A program made the translations under genes and the position numbers. This document shows, one piece after another, positions 47,683 to 60,021 of a stretch of 64,000 nucleotides of DNA. Each line of letters begins with the position of its first letter. The stretch's first letter is position 1. The notes under the pieces were generated by a model. It worked only from the letters and a program-made list of their open reading frames with translations, had not been told where the DNA came from and searched no databases. The stretch is from an uncultured Clostridium sp. Lineage in GTDB: Bacteria > Bacillota > Clostridia > TANB77 > CAG-508. The stretch covers positions 4,631 through 68,630 of the forward strand of contig CANOGC010000002.1 of the NCBI GenBank assembly GCA_947565445.1. The letters run 5' to 3'.

Positions 47683-49324
47683 ATGAAAATTACATATGAA
47701 GATAAAGTATTAGATGCAACTCCACGGAATTACAGTATATGAATTATTAAAAGAGGAAATTAGAAATGCAAAAACAGAAGTAATTGCATGTATGTGTAAT
47801 AATGAAGTAAGAAGCTTAAACTTAAAATTAACTGAAAATTCAAAAGTAGAGTTAATTGATTTAAATAGTAAAGATGGAATGATGATTTATATAAGAGGTA
47901 TAATGTATATTGCAGCAAAAGCATTAAATGAGTTATACCCAGATGCTCTTTTAACAGTGAATTATCAACTTTCAAATGCCATGTTTTGTGAATTAGAAAA
48001 TATGAAAGTAACAGAAGAAATGATACAAAATATTCATAGAAAAATGGGAGAAATTATTGATAAAGATTTAGAAATTAGAAAAGTGAAGATGACTGTTAAA
48101 GAAGCACAAGAGTTTTACGAAAAAGAAAAAACATTAAAAGGAAGGATACAAATTGATGCAGAAACATCATTTGGAGCATCCTTATATTACTGTGAAGAAT
48201 ATTTTAATTACTTTTTTGGTGTTATGCCAATATCAACAGGGTATACAAAGGTATATGATATTGTAAAATATAGAGATGGATTTATTGTACGTTATCCAAA
48301 TTGGAAAACACCAACAAAGCTTAGTCCATTTGTAGAAAATAAGAAATTAGTTTCTACTTTAGACGAATATGAAGATATATATAAACTGATTGGAATTAAT
48401 ACTATTTACAAACTAAATCGTGAAGTAAAAAAAGACAATGCGCAAGATGCAATTTTGTTATCTGAAAGTTTACATGAAAAGAAAATTGCAGAACTTGCGG
48501 ATAATATTGCAAAAAATAAACAAGTTAAAGTGGTACTAATTGCAGGCCCATCTTCATCTGGAAAAACTACTTTTGCAAAAAGATTAGGAATTCAACTAAG
48601 ATTAAATGGGTTAAAGCCAGTAACCATATCAGTAGATAATTATTTTGTAGAAAGAGAAGATAACCCAAAAGATGAAAATGGTAACTATGATTTTGAATGT
48701 ATAGAGGCACTAGATATTAATCTATTTAATGAACATTTACTAAAATTATTAAATGGTGAAGAAATTAAAGTTCCAACTTTTGATTTTACTACTGGACATA
48801 AGAAATATAACGGAGAAACAATGAAACTAGCAGATGACGAAATATTAGTAATTGAGGGTATTCACTGCTTAAATGACCGTTTAACAAGTTCTATTCTAAA
48901 AGAACAAAAATACAAAATTTATATTAGTGCATTAACTGTACTAAATATAGATTATTATAATCGTATTTCAACAACAGATACTAGGTTAATTAGAAGAATT
49001 GTAAGAGATAATCAATTTAGGGGGTATAGTGCAACACATACCATCAAAATGTGGTATTCTGTAAATCGTGGAGAAGAAAGATACATATATCCATTCCAAG
49101 AAGAAGCAAATAGTATGTTTAATTCATCACTTATATATGAATTAGGAGTATTAAAAGACTATGCACTACCACTACTAAAAGAAATTAAAAATACACAACC
49201 AGAATATGCAGAAGCAACCAGATTAATTAGATTATTAAGCTATTTTGAATCCATTCCACAAGAAGCAATTCCTAAAACATCACTAATACGTGAATTTATA
49301 GGAGGCAGTTTACTTGCAGATTAG
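47683..49324 (+). CDS. TGS-domain + uridine-kinase-like P-loop nucleoside kinase. True start MKITYEDKVLDATP, continuous with a +1 shift at in-frame CGG 47725-47727.
   Basis: MKITYEDKVLDATP[G]ITVYELLKEEIRNAK...; Walker A IAGPSSSGKTTFAKRL. Confidence 0.7.
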
Positions 49325-49398
49325 AAAAAATGAGAATGTAAAGGGTAGGTCTTGTGCCTACCTTGTTGCACAATTAAAATTTAGAAAGGATTACATTT

Positions 49399-49710
49399 AT
49401 GTTTAGCAAATTTACAGAAATAGACGAAGAATTTATATGTGAAAATTGTGGCAAAAAAGTACAAAAATTAGGTTACTCATGTCGTAATCATTGCCCGTAT
49501 TGTTTACACTCTAAACATGTAGATATAAATCCAGGAGATAGGGCAGAAGAGTGTCATGGGGATTTGGAACCAATTGGTATAGAAACCAATTCTAAAAAAG
49601 GGTATATAATAGTATTTAAATGCAAAAAATGTGGAAAGATACGTAAAAATAAAATGGCAACAGATGATAATATGGAACTAATAATAAAACTAAGTAGTAA
49701 TCCAGTTTAA
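49399..49710 (+). CDS. RNHCP-domain zinc-ribbon protein
   Basis: CENCGK...CRNHCPYC...CKKCGK motifs. Confidence 0.7.
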   Translation: MFSKFTEIDEEFICENCGKKVQKLGYSCRNHCPYCLHSKHVDINPGDRAEECHGDLEPIGIETNSKKGYIIVFKCKKCGKIRKNKMATDDNMELIIKLSSNPV

Positions 49711-49738
49711 AATAGGAAAAGTAGCGAAGCTACTTTTC

Positions 49739-52141
49739 CTATACCTCTCTTATAAAATTAGCATTTGTATAATCTTTTCCCTCAAACCTTTTTTCTTGTT
49801 TCACAGTTTGAATAACCTCATTAATTTCTAAAATATTTTCATTTAAAATATCAATTCTAACAGAATCAATCAGTAATTCAGAAAAATCAATTGATGTAAT
49901 TTTACTATTATAAATAGTATTAATAGTTTGAACAGAGTCGGGTATTACAGGGAAATAAAGTCCTAATCTATCTTTTAAGTAATAACTATGTTTACTTTTA
50001 CAAAGTGATTTACAATTTGGATAACACTTATTAGACTTACCTAAAACACAGTATCCAAGAGTCATAACAGGAGTATTTCCATATACAATTAATTCTGTAT
50101 TAACATTAGCTAAATTAGAAATTTCTATTATATCTTGCTTATTTAACTCAGGAGATAGAGTAATTAAATTTAAGCCTAAATTTTGGTATGCTTCTAAAGA
50201 ATAATTATTAAACACATTTAAAGTATAATTTCCTATAAATTCATAACTATCTTTATACTTTTCAAGCATATTAAATGTTCCTAAATTAGATAATACAAAA
50301 CCTTTTATATCATATTCTTCTAATGCTTTATTAATATTATTTGTAAATAAATTTCTATAGTTCGATTTAATAATAGTTGGCATATAAATATATGTATTAA
50401 ACTCAGAACTTATATTTTTAATAATATTTGAATAATCTGACATAGCAAAATACTTTAGAGGTATATATATACGGTCTACTTTTTCTAATTCTGAATAATT
50501 TGTATTTACATCTAAAATATTTAATAAAAGAGAAACATTCTTTTTGTAAACCTTCTTTTTTGAAGGTGCAACATCAAAAAATATAGGTAGATTATTTGGA
50601 ATATCTCTTTTAAAGTTATTTATAATATAACAAGATACCTTCTCTATACATTCACGGCGTAATTCATTTAAATCAGAGATATTTAAGTACAAATTATCAT
50701 CTAATTCAATATCAAAATTAGTAAAAATAAAAGGAGAATTTCCAGTTTTAGAAAATTGTATTATAACACGTTCTTTAGTAATAGGCTGTTTTTCAGCATC
50801 TACAGGTATTATATTAGAATTAATTTCTAAATTAACACTATCACTAAATACCTTAACAAAAATAGGTGCATTTTTTACTATTTTAATATAACAAGATAGA
50901 GGGTGCTTTTTTAATTCACCTTGATAAGAATTTTTTGCTTTAGTAAGAAGAGATTTACTTTCTAATTTATAAATTTTATCTCCGAGGATTAATATTACCT
51001 TTCATTCTTCCAATAGTTACAAGCTGACCGATTAACCGCATAATCTATATTATTTTTTCCCATCATTAATTCAGAAATTCTATATTTAGTTTCTTCTTTT
51101 TCAAAAACAATAGTATCACCAATTGTTAAATTATCATTTAAATTTAATGTAATATGTCCTTTTGTTTTATTATAATTTGCTACATTACCAATATAGACAC
51201 CTACATTACTAGGTTTTTCTTTAAAAATTAAACTTCTATTTGCATCTGAATCTAAATGACCATTAGAAAATCCACCACGATTAAATACTTGTAATAAATC
51301 TTTTTTATCTTGTTCATCAATTACAAATTGATTATTAGAATAAGCTAAATCAATATATTTTCTATAAATTCTAGTAACAGTTGCAACATATTCAGGTGTT
51401 TTCATACGTCCTTCTATTTTTAAAGAAGAAACACCAATACTAATTAAATCTGGAATATATGAAAGACCACATAAATCTTTAGGGCTTAGTATATAGCCTT
51501 TATCCATACAAATTTCTTTATTTGAATTTACAACAAGTTCATAAGGAAGCCTACATGCTCCAGCACATTTTCCACGGTTTCCGAGAACGCCCACCAATTA
51601 TGCTAGAAAGTAAGCATTGACCAGAATATGAAATGCAAAGGGCACCATGAATAAACACCTCAAGTTCAATATTAGAATGAGATTTAATAAATTCTAATTC
51701 TGTTAAAGAAGTTTCACGAGATAGTACAACTCTTGAAAAACCTAAATTTTCTAATTCTTTTGCACCCTCTAAATTATGAATACTCATTTGAGTGCTTGCA
51801 TGAAGAGGAAGTTCTGGCATATATTTTAAAAGCATAGAACATAAGCCATAATCTTGCACAATTAAAGCATCAATTCCCATTCTATATGCTTCTTTTGCAA
51901 GAGACAAAGCTTCTTCTAATTCATTATTTTTAATTAGTGTATTTAGTGCCAAATGTACCTTAACATCTCTTAAATGAGCATAATTAACCGCATCTTCAAG
52001 TTCACTCAAATCAAAGTTTTTAGCTGAAACTCTTGCACTAAACATAGATGCACCTAAATAAACTGCATTTGCACCATTTTGAACAGCAGCCCTTAAACAT
52101 TCAAAATCACCAACTGGCGCTAATAATTCTATTTTATTCAT
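49739..52141 (-). CDS. Peptidase U32 family protein (collagenase-like, long form of about 800 aa with C-terminal extension). Continuous with +1 shifts at three in-frame CGG codons (plus-strand CCG 51581-51583, 51028-51030, 50982-50984).
   Basis: ...SSIIGGRS[G]NRGKCAGACRLPYEL...AVN[G]QLVTIGRMKGNINP[G]DKIYKLESKSLLTKAKNSYQGELKKHPLSCYIKIVKNAPIF... runs on into ORF 49739..50692. Confidence 0.75.
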
Positions 52142-52241
52142 TTGTATTACCTCTAATTTTAAAAAATTTCATTAATATTGTAACACAAATTTTAAAAAAT
52201 TCATACTATATCATATAAAAACAAACAAGGAGGGAAAAACA

Positions 52242-52400
52242 ATGGAAGAATCTAGAAACTGCGGATGTGGATGCGGATGTAACAATAACTGTGGAGGCCT
52301 TTTCGGAGGTTGTGGTGACAGTGAAATTTTATTCTTCATAATCATATTCTTATTATTATTCACAAACTGTGGATGTGGATGCGGAAGAGGATGTTGCTAA
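52242..52400 (+). CDS. Small Cys/Gly-rich membrane peptide (52 aa), paralog of the 23155..23298 peptide (YjcZ-like)
   Basis: MEESRNCGCGCGCNNNCGGLFGGCGDSEILFFIIIFLLLFTNCGCGCGRGCC; RBS aaggaggg. Confidence 0.5.
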   Translation: MEESRNCGCGCGCNNNCGGLFGGCGDSEILFFIIIFLLLFTNCGCGCGRGCC

Positions 52401-52451
52401 TCCAAATAAATACTTAAAAAATAGAGCATGGTTCTTACCATGCTCTTAAGC

Positions 52452-53013
52452 TTATATCATCTTATTTATTTTTTCTTCTAGTTCTAACCAATTATCAACT
52501 CGTTCAATCTGTGTTGGAATATTTTTATTAACTACAGAAGTAAACAATATACTTTTTATATTTTCGTTACGTACTGCTTCACAATGCTTAATAGAATCAT
52601 CTATTAGTAAATCAATATTATTTTTTTTACATATAGAAGCTTTATCTATACAGTTAAACAATATTTTTGAATAGGAGATATTGTTTGATTTTAAATAGTC
52701 TATGGTAAAATCTTCAGTTCCCTTAAATAATTCTCTTTCTTCTCCTCTTGCAGTAACAATATAAATATCATGTCCATTTTCAATAAAACGACCGAATTAC
52801 TTCACTTGCATTTTCTTTTACTTTTGTGGCTTTAAAAATTTTAAGGTAATTATCTAAACAAAATTTATAAACGTTAGGTGTAGAAGGGTCGCCACGCATT
52901 ACATCTACCATATGTTCCTGTATTTCTCCATCTTTATCATATTTAATAACATAATCCTTCATAGCAAAAGAAGTATCAGTAATAACATCATCAATATCAA
53001 TTCCAATTCTCAT
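52452..53013 (-). CDS. HAD-superfamily 5'-nucleotidase-like protein (NT5C/YorS-like). Continuous with a +1 shift at in-frame CGG (plus CCG 52792-52794).
   Basis: MRIGIDIDDVITD...SEVI[G]RFIENGHDIYIVTARGEE...LLIDDSIKHCEAV joins ORFs 52780..53013 and 52452..52661. Confidence 0.55.
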
Positions 53014-53154
53014 AAATTTTACTCCTAATTCTTTTTTGCTATTATAACATAGGGTAATATATTAAACAAGTTATTCTAAATTTTTCTAATACTATGGACT
53101 TTTTTAAAAAAATGTCATAAAATAGGTACATAAACAAAAAGAAAGGGGAAAATC

Positions 53155-54357
53155 ATGTTAGCAGAAAAAATTATATTTAATGTATTAGCATTTTCCTTAT
53201 TTGTAATCATGTTCTTTAAAATGATTAAGAAAAATGATACAAACTATGTTGTAGTTCTTTGTATGCAAGCACTTGGAATTGCAATCAATTTCATAGAAAT
53301 TATATTTCAGTGGAAAATAAATACATTTATAAGAATACTTATTTATTTAATTTCTGTTATAATTCCAGCAGTAATTATTTATATAGAATTTAAAAATGTA
53401 AATTTTTCAGAACTTATATACATTACACTTAGTAAAATTGCTACATTCTTTAATAATAACAAGCTTAGCAAAAACTTTTTAATAAAGTTAGTAACAAAAT
53501 ATCCAGAAAGTTATTTAGGACATAAAATGCTAGCGAAAATTTATGAAAAAGAAGGCGGAATGAGAAAAGCGATAGATGAATATGTACAAGTAATTGACAT
53601 TAACAAAAAAGATTATAACTCATATTACCAGATATCCTACCTTTTAAACGAATTAGACAAAAAGCAAGAAGCAGCAGAGATGTTAGAAAACCTATTACGT
53701 AAAAAGCCAGATATGATAGAGGCAACAGAACTTTTAGGAGATATATATTGTGAACAAGAACGTTATAAGGAAGCTGCAAATATGTATAATGAAGCATTAA
53801 AATATAATCCGACAAGTTATGAACTATATTACAATATGGGAATGGTATATACAATGTTAAACGATTTCCAAAATGCAAAAATTTGTTATGAAAAGGCAGC
53901 AGAAATTAATACACTTCTTTACAATTCTTATTATAGTTTAGGACAAATTAGTTTTATATATAACGATTTAGATGAAGCAGAAAAATACTTTATGAATGCA
54001 TTAGCAGATAATCTATTAGAACCAAAAGCATATTATAATTTAGCTAAAATATGTATGCTTCGTGGAGAAAAAGAAAATGCAATTAACTATTTAAATGTAG
54101 CAATTGAAATTGACCCATATATGTATAAAAAGGCAGAAAAAGAGCCAGTATTCATCCCAATAAAAGCACATATGAACTTTCCTAATTTAGAAGAAGTAGA
54201 ACCAAAACCATTAGAATTAACAAAAAAAGAAAAGAAAGTACAAAAACATTTAGAAGAAACAACTAAAATAGTAGGAAAATTAAGCCGAAACGAGCAAACA
54301 AATAAAAAAGAATACAAAGAAATTAGAAAAGATATACAAAAAGAAAGAGAAGAATAA
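53155..54357 (+). CDS. TPR-repeat membrane-anchored protein
   Basis: N-terminal TM segments followed by multiple TPR-like repeats (Y..LG.IY....Y.EA...Y..AL...P). Confidence 0.65.
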   Translation: MLAEKIIFNVLAFSLFVIMFFKMIKKNDTNYVVVLCMQALGIAINFIEIIFQWKINTFIRILIYLISVIIPAVIIYIEFKNVNFSELIYITLSKIATFFNNNKLSKNFLIKLVTKYPESYLGHKMLAKIYEKEGGMRKAIDEYVQVIDINKKDYNSYYQISYLLNELDKKQEAAEMLENLLRKKPDMIEATELLGDIYCEQERYKEAANMYNEALKYNPTSYELYYNMGMVYTMLNDFQNAKICYEKAAEINTLLYNSYYSLGQISFIYNDLDEAEKYFMNALADNLLEPKAYYNLAKICMLRGEKENAINYLNVAIEIDPYMYKKAEKEPVFIPIKAHMNFPNLEEVEPKPLELTKKEKKVQKHLEETTKIVGKLSRNEQTNKKEYKEIRKDIQKEREE

Positions 54358-54403
54358 TTTTAGAAAACAAAAATACAATTAAATAAGAAAGGGATGTGAT
54401 TAG

Positions 54404-55270
54404 ATGATTAAAAATATAGCTATTATTGGTGGAGACTTAAGAATTGTTAAATTAGCTTCTATGCTAAAAAAAGAAAACTATAATGTAAAGACATATGCGC
54501 TAGAAAAGGCACATGAACTTGTAGATACTAAAACTAACAATATAAAAGAATGTGTAAAAGATGCAGATATTGTATTAGGACCATTGCCATTGTCTAGTAG
54601 TGGAGAATTTGTAAATACACCATTTAGTGAGGAAAAAGTCCAAATAGAAGATTTAATAAATGAAATAGGAGGAAAAACATTTATTGCAGGTTCTATTAAG
54701 CAAGAAGTGTACGAAATGGTAGAAGAAAAAGACATTACAATTTTAGATATTATAAAAAGAGAAGAATTAGCTGTATTAAATGCAATTTCTACAGCTGAAG
54801 GAGCAATTCAAATTGCAATTAATGAAACACCAAAGAATTTACATGGGAATAATGTACTAGTACTAGGATTTGGAAGAATAGGGAAAGTGCTATCTAAAAT
54901 GTTAGATGGAATTGGAGCAAGAGTAGCATGTGAAGCAAGAAAAACAACAGATCTTGCATGGATAAAGGCATATGGATATGAGCCAATCAATCTAATAGAA
55001 TTAAAAGAAAATCTAAATAGATTTGATATTATTATTAATACAATACCATATGTAGTATTAGACAAAGACATGCTAGGGCAAGTAAAAGAAGATGCTTTAA
55101 TTATAGATTTAGCATCTGCACCAGGGGGAGTAGATAAACAAGCAGTAAAAGAATTAGGTATAAAATTTAATTGGGCATTATCACTTCCAGGAAAAGTATC
55201 ACCAGTTACATCAGCAGAATTTATGAAAGAAACATTATTAAATATGTTTAAAGAAATAGATAATAATTAA
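54404..55270 (+). CDS. dpaA: Dipicolinate synthase subunit A (DpaA/SpoVFA)
   Basis: Rossmann N-terminus IAIIGGDLRIVKLASML; DpaA-like length and motifs. Confidence 0.7.
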   Translation: MIKNIAIIGGDLRIVKLASMLKKENYNVKTYALEKAHELVDTKTNNIKECVKDADIVLGPLPLSSSGEFVNTPFSEEKVQIEDLINEIGGKTFIAGSIKQEVYEMVEEKDITILDIIKREELAVLNAISTAEGAIQIAINETPKNLHGNNVLVLGFGRIGKVLSKMLDGIGARVACEARKTTDLAWIKAYGYEPINLIELKENLNRFDIIINTIPYVVLDKDMLGQVKEDALIIDLASAPGGVDKQAVKELGIKFNWALSLPGKVSPVTSAEFMKETLLNMFKEIDNN

Positions 55271-55295
55271 AAACGAAAGAAAAGAGGTAAATATT

Positions 55296-56093
55296 ATGAC
55301 AATTATACAAGCAATTATTTTAGGAATAGTACAAGGATTAACTGAACTATTACCAATATCAAGTTCAGCACATTTAAACATTATACCATGGATATTTAAT
55401 TGGCAAATGCCAGAAAGTTTTGATGTTGCCCTACATTTAGGAACATTACTTGCAATAACTATATTTTTCTTTAAGGATTGGTTAGCTTTATTTAAAGGTG
55501 GATACGACCAAGTTGTAAAAAAGAAAAAATCAACAGAAGGAAGACTATTTTGGTATATAGTTATTGTAACAATACCAACAGGAATTTTAAGTTTAGTATT
55601 AGATAAGCTATCTGATAAGATATGTGAAAAATTTGGAATAGAAATGATATTAATAGCAGTGGCACTTATTGTTTTAGGAATTGTTCTATATGTTGTAGAT
55701 AAAAAATCAAAATCAGAAGTAAAACTTGAAAACATGACATTTAAACAATCGTTTTTAATAGGATTATCACAAGCAATAGCAGCAGCTTTTCCAGGAACTT
55801 CAAGGTCTGGTATAACAATGACTGTAGCAAGGGCATTAAAATTAGACAGAGAAAGTGCAGCAAAATATTCATTTTTACTATCAACACCAATTATTTTAGC
55901 AGCAGTATTAGTAAGTATAAAAGATTTTGAATTTACACTTGCTTTCTTTATGGGAGTGCTATTTAGCTTTATAACTGGAATAGTAGTAATAAAATTCTTG
56001 CTAGAGTATCTAAAAAAAGGAAGCTTCAAAGGATTTGCAATTTACCGTGTTATTATAGGTATTGCAATTATTGTGTTGACATTTGTATTATAA
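55296..56093 (+). CDS. uppP: Undecaprenyl-diphosphate phosphatase (UppP/BacA)
   Basis: ELLPISSSAHL...PGTSRSG motifs; 8 TM. Confidence 0.9.
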   Translation: MTIIQAIILGIVQGLTELLPISSSAHLNIIPWIFNWQMPESFDVALHLGTLLAITIFFFKDWLALFKGGYDQVVKKKKSTEGRLFWYIVIVTIPTGILSLVLDKLSDKICEKFGIEMILIAVALIVLGIVLYVVDKKSKSEVKLENMTFKQSFLIGLSQAIAAAFPGTSRSGITMTVARALKLDRESAAKYSFLLSTPIILAAVLVSIKDFEFTLAFFMGVLFSFITGIVVIKFLLEYLKKGSFKGFAIYRVIIGIAIIVLTFVL

Positions 56094-56462
56094 AAATTTA
56101 GGAAAATAAATAGAGATATGGTAATTATTCAAAGCCATTTAATACAAAATATTGTGTATATTAGAACCCCCAGTCGTTCTTACGAACGACAGCCCCCTTA
56201 AATAAAGGGGCCTCTACTCTATTATTTTAGACTAGAATAGTTTATTTTAAATTGTAGAGAAAAGCCTCCTTTACTTAAGGGAGGTGGCAGTGCGTAGCAC
56301 TGACGGAGGGTTCTTACAGAATTATTCATACAGAGATGTTTTCAAAAAAGCATTGAATATTTACTAGATATTTTAGTTCTTTAAGCAAAGTACTTGCAAT
56401 ATTGGAAAAACGTGGTATAATATAAAAGCTAAAATTAAAAAATCAGAAAGGATTTGAATTAA

Positions 56463-57746
56463 ATGAGTATAAAAATTGAAAAAACAGACAAAAAAGATGA
56501 ATTAAAATTAGAATTTACAATTGAAGCAGCTAAATTTGATGAAGCAATGAAAAAAGTATATGCTAAAAGTGCAAAATATTTTAACATACCAGGTTTTAGA
56601 AAAGGAAGAGCTCCAATGAATATTGTAGAAAAATATTATGGAGATGAAATTTTCTATGAAGATACTTTTAACGAAGTAGTACCAGAAGTATATGCAAAAG
56701 AAATAAAAGAAAACAATATAGAAGCAGTAAGCCGTCCAGATATTGATGTAAAGCAAATTGGAAAAGGACAAGACCTAATATTTACAGCAATTGTTCAAAC
56801 AAAACCAGAAGTTAAACTTGGTAAATATAAAGGTATAGAACTTAAAAAAGTAGAGTATAATGTATCTAGCGAAGATATAGAACATGAATTAGGACATATG
56901 CAAGAAAAGAATGCAAGATTAGTTGTTGTAGAAGATAGAGCAGTAGAAAAAGATGATGTAACAGTTATCGACTTCGAAGGTTTTGTAGATGGAAAAGCAT
57001 TTGAAGGTGGAAAAGCAACTAACCATGAACTAACTATCGGAAGTAATACATTTATTCCAGGATTTGAAGATCAAATCATAGGAATGAAAATAGATGAAGA
57101 AAAAGACATAAATGTTAAATTTCCAAAAGATTACTTCTCAGAAGAATTAAAAGGAAAAGATGCTACTTTCAAAGTAAAATTACATGAAATTAAGAAAAAA
57201 GAATTACCTAGCCTAGATGATGAATTTGCAAAAGATGTTAGTGAATTTGATACATTAAAAGAACTAAAAGATAGTATCAAAGAAAAGATGGAAGAAGAAA
57301 ACAAGAAAAAGGAAAAATATGAAACAGAGGATGCTGCTGTAAAAACTGTATGTGACAATGTAGAAATTGAAATACCATCAGGAATGATTGAAACAGAAGT
57401 AGATAGCATGGTACAAGAAATTGAACAAAGATTAGCATATCAAGGAATGAAATTAGAACAATATTTGCAAATGCTTGGCAAATCTATGGTAGATTTCAGA
57501 AAAGAATATGAAGAACAAGCTCGTACTTCTGTTAAAAATCGTTTAGTAATAGAAGCTATTATTAAAGAAGAAAAAATTGAAGCTTCAAAAGAAGATGTAG
57601 ATGCAAAAGTAAAAGAAATGGCAGAGCTATATGGTAAAAAAGAAGAAGAACTAAAAGCAAACGATAATTTCATTAAATATATAGAAGATTCAATGAAAAA
57701 TGAAAAGGCAGTAGAATTTATAATAGAAAATGCAAAAATAAAATAA
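56463..57746 (+). CDS. tig: Trigger factor
   Basis: FNIPGFRKGRAP ribosome-binding motif, PPIase domain; 427 aa. Confidence 0.92.
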   Translation: MSIKIEKTDKKDELKLEFTIEAAKFDEAMKKVYAKSAKYFNIPGFRKGRAPMNIVEKYYGDEIFYEDTFNEVVPEVYAKEIKENNIEAVSRPDIDVKQIGKGQDLIFTAIVQTKPEVKLGKYKGIELKKVEYNVSSEDIEHELGHMQEKNARLVVVEDRAVEKDDVTVIDFEGFVDGKAFEGGKATNHELTIGSNTFIPGFEDQIIGMKIDEEKDINVKFPKDYFSEELKGKDATFKVKLHEIKKKELPSLDDEFAKDVSEFDTLKELKDSIKEKMEEENKKKEKYETEDAAVKTVCDNVEIEIPSGMIETEVDSMVQEIEQRLAYQGMKLEQYLQMLGKSMVDFRKEYEEQARTSVKNRLVIEAIIKEEKIEASKEDVDAKVKEMAELYGKKEEELKANDNFIKYIEDSMKNEKAVEFIIENAKIK

Positions 57747-57853
57747 AAAAGCAATTGTAGAAGTTAGGGGAATTAAAAAATGAATATTTTGACAACCTCT
57801 AACTTTTATGGTATAAAAAAAGAAATATATTTAAATACAAGGGAGGAAAAATT

Positions 57854-58459
57854 ATGTTAGAACAAAATAGTTTAGTTCCATATGTTATTGAACAAACAAA
57901 TAAAGGAGAAAGATCATATGATATATTCTCAAGACTTTTAAAAGACAGAATTATTTTTATGGGAGAAGATGTAAATCCGACATCTGCAAGTTTAGTAATT
58001 GCACAACTTTTATTCTTAGAATCAGAAGATCCAGATAAAGAAATCTTTTTATACATAAATTCACCAGGAGGATCTATTACAGATGGAATGGCAATTGTAG
58101 ACACTATGAATTATATTAAATGTCCAGTTTCTACAATATGCGTAGGAATGGCAGCAAGTATGGGAGCAGTTTTACTTAGCTGTGGGGAAAAAGGAAAACG
58201 TTTTGCACTTCCAAATGCAGAAATTCTAATACATCAACCATTAATAGGTGGAAACGGAATTTCAGGGCAAGCAACTGAAATAAAAATTCATGCAGACCAT
58301 ATGGTAAGAACTAGGGAAAAATTAAATAAAATACTAAGTGAAAGAACAGGTAAACCGCTAGAGACAATTGAAAAGGACACAGAAAGAGATAACTATATGA
58401 CAGCAGAAGAAGCTTTAAAATATGGATTAATAGATGGAATTATGGATAGAAAGAACTAA
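57854..58459 (+). CDS. clpP: ATP-dependent Clp protease proteolytic subunit ClpP
   Basis: Catalytic Ser/His/Asp context GMAASMGA...HQP. Confidence 0.92.
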   Translation: MLEQNSLVPYVIEQTNKGERSYDIFSRLLKDRIIFMGEDVNPTSASLVIAQLLFLESEDPDKEIFLYINSPGGSITDGMAIVDTMNYIKCPVSTICVGMAASMGAVLLSCGEKGKRFALPNAEILIHQPLIGGNGISGQATEIKIHADHMVRTREKLNKILSERTGKPLETIEKDTERDNYMTAEEALKYGLIDGIMDRKN

Positions 58460-58496
58460 TGAAAACTAACAAAGTAAAGTGAAAGGAATGGAATAA

Positions 58497-59807
58497 ATGG
58501 CTAGAACTCCAAGTGAAAGAAATATAAAATGTTCATTTTGTGGAAAAACACAAGATATGGTAAAAAGGATAGTAGCAGGACCAGGTGTATATATATGTGA
58601 CGAATGTATTTCTTTATGTAGAAATATTATAGAAGAAGATTATGTAGCAGAGGAAGAAACTGGATATACAATAGATAGGTTAACAAAACTTCCAAAGCCA
58701 GAAGAAATAAAAAAGAAATTAGATGAATATGTAATTGGGCAAGAGGAAGCAAAAAAGACTTTAGCAGTTGCAGTATATAATCATTATAAAAGAATTAATA
58801 CAGAAGATGAAATAAGTGATGTAGAAATCCAAAAAAGTAATATATTACTACTAGGACCAACAGGCTGTGGAAAAACAATGCTTGCGCAAACACTTGCAAG
58901 AATGTTAAATGTACCATTTGCAATAGCAGATGCGACTACACTAACAGAAGCAGGTTATGTAGGAGAAGATGTTGAAAATATTCTATTAAAACTAATTCAA
59001 GCAGCAGATTACGATATAGAAAAAGCAGAAAAAGGAATTATCTATATAGATGAAATAGACAAAATTACAAGAAAATCTGAAAACCCATCTATCACAAGAG
59101 ATGTAAGTGGAGAAGGTGTTCAACAAGCACTTTTAAAAATTGTAGAAGGAACAGTTGCATCTGTTCCACCACAAGGGGGGAGAAAACATCCACACCAAGA
59201 ATTTTTACAAATTGATACTTCAAACATTTTATTTATTTGTGGAGGAGCATTTGAAGGAATAGAAAAAATTATAGAAGAAAGAATTGGACAAAAAACTATT
59301 GGATTTGGAGCAAAAATAGAAAGTAAAAAAGAATTTGATAAATATAAAGTATTTGAACAATTACTTCCACAAGATTTATTAAAATTTGGCTTAATACCAG
59401 AATTTGTAGGAAGATTACCAATAATTGCAACATTAAGAGAATTGGATCGTGAAGCTTTAATACAAATTGTAACAGAACCAAAAAATGCATTAGTAAAACA
59501 ATATAAGAAGCTATTAGAACTAGACGATGTAGAACTAGAATTTGAAAAAGAAGCATTAAATGTAATTGTAGATAAAGCAATTGAAAGAAATACAGGAGCA
59601 AGAGGATTACGTTCAATTATTGAAGATATTATGCGTGATATTATGTTTGAAGTACCATCAAATCCTAAAATAGAAAAGTGTATTATAACAAAGGAAACAG
59701 TAGAAAGTGGAAAACCACCAAAACTTGTTATAAATGAAGAAAGAGTAGCAAAAAAGCATGTAAAAAAGAAAAAGGTAATACCAAATAAAAATTTTGAAAC
59801 TGCATAA
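58497..59807 (+). CDS. clpX: ATP-dependent Clp protease ATP-binding subunit ClpX
   Basis: C4 zinc finger CSFCGK...CDEC; Walker A GPTGCGKT. Confidence 0.95.
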   Translation: MARTPSERNIKCSFCGKTQDMVKRIVAGPGVYICDECISLCRNIIEEDYVAEEETGYTIDRLTKLPKPEEIKKKLDEYVIGQEEAKKTLAVAVYNHYKRINTEDEISDVEIQKSNILLLGPTGCGKTMLAQTLARMLNVPFAIADATTLTEAGYVGEDVENILLKLIQAADYDIEKAEKGIIYIDEIDKITRKSENPSITRDVSGEGVQQALLKIVEGTVASVPPQGGRKHPHQEFLQIDTSNILFICGGAFEGIEKIIEERIGQKTIGFGAKIESKKEFDKYKVFEQLLPQDLLKFGLIPEFVGRLPIIATLRELDREALIQIVTEPKNALVKQYKKLLELDDVELEFEKEALNVIVDKAIERNTGARGLRSIIEDIMRDIMFEVPSNPKIEKCIITKETVESGKPPKLVINEERVAKKHVKKKKVIPNKNFETA

Positions 59808-60021
59808 AAAGATAAGTTTATTAAAGAAGTACACAGTAAATGTGTGCTTCTTTAATGCAATAGGAAATTTTCCGAAATTTCTTAAGTTATGTTTTTTTAT
59901 CTAAATAACTTGACAGTATAGCTAAATACATATAAAATAGAAGAGTAGGTTTAATATATTAAGAAAAAGAAAATTAAATATATTAGAACATTGAAAATTA
60001 AATAGAAAGAGGTGTAAGATT

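Noticed and set aside
57747-57853. CtsR operator upstream of clpP
   Set aside because: No AGGTCAAA direct repeat. Only a tig terminator-like dyad and a sigma-A-like promoter (TTGACA-17-TATAAA) could be seen.
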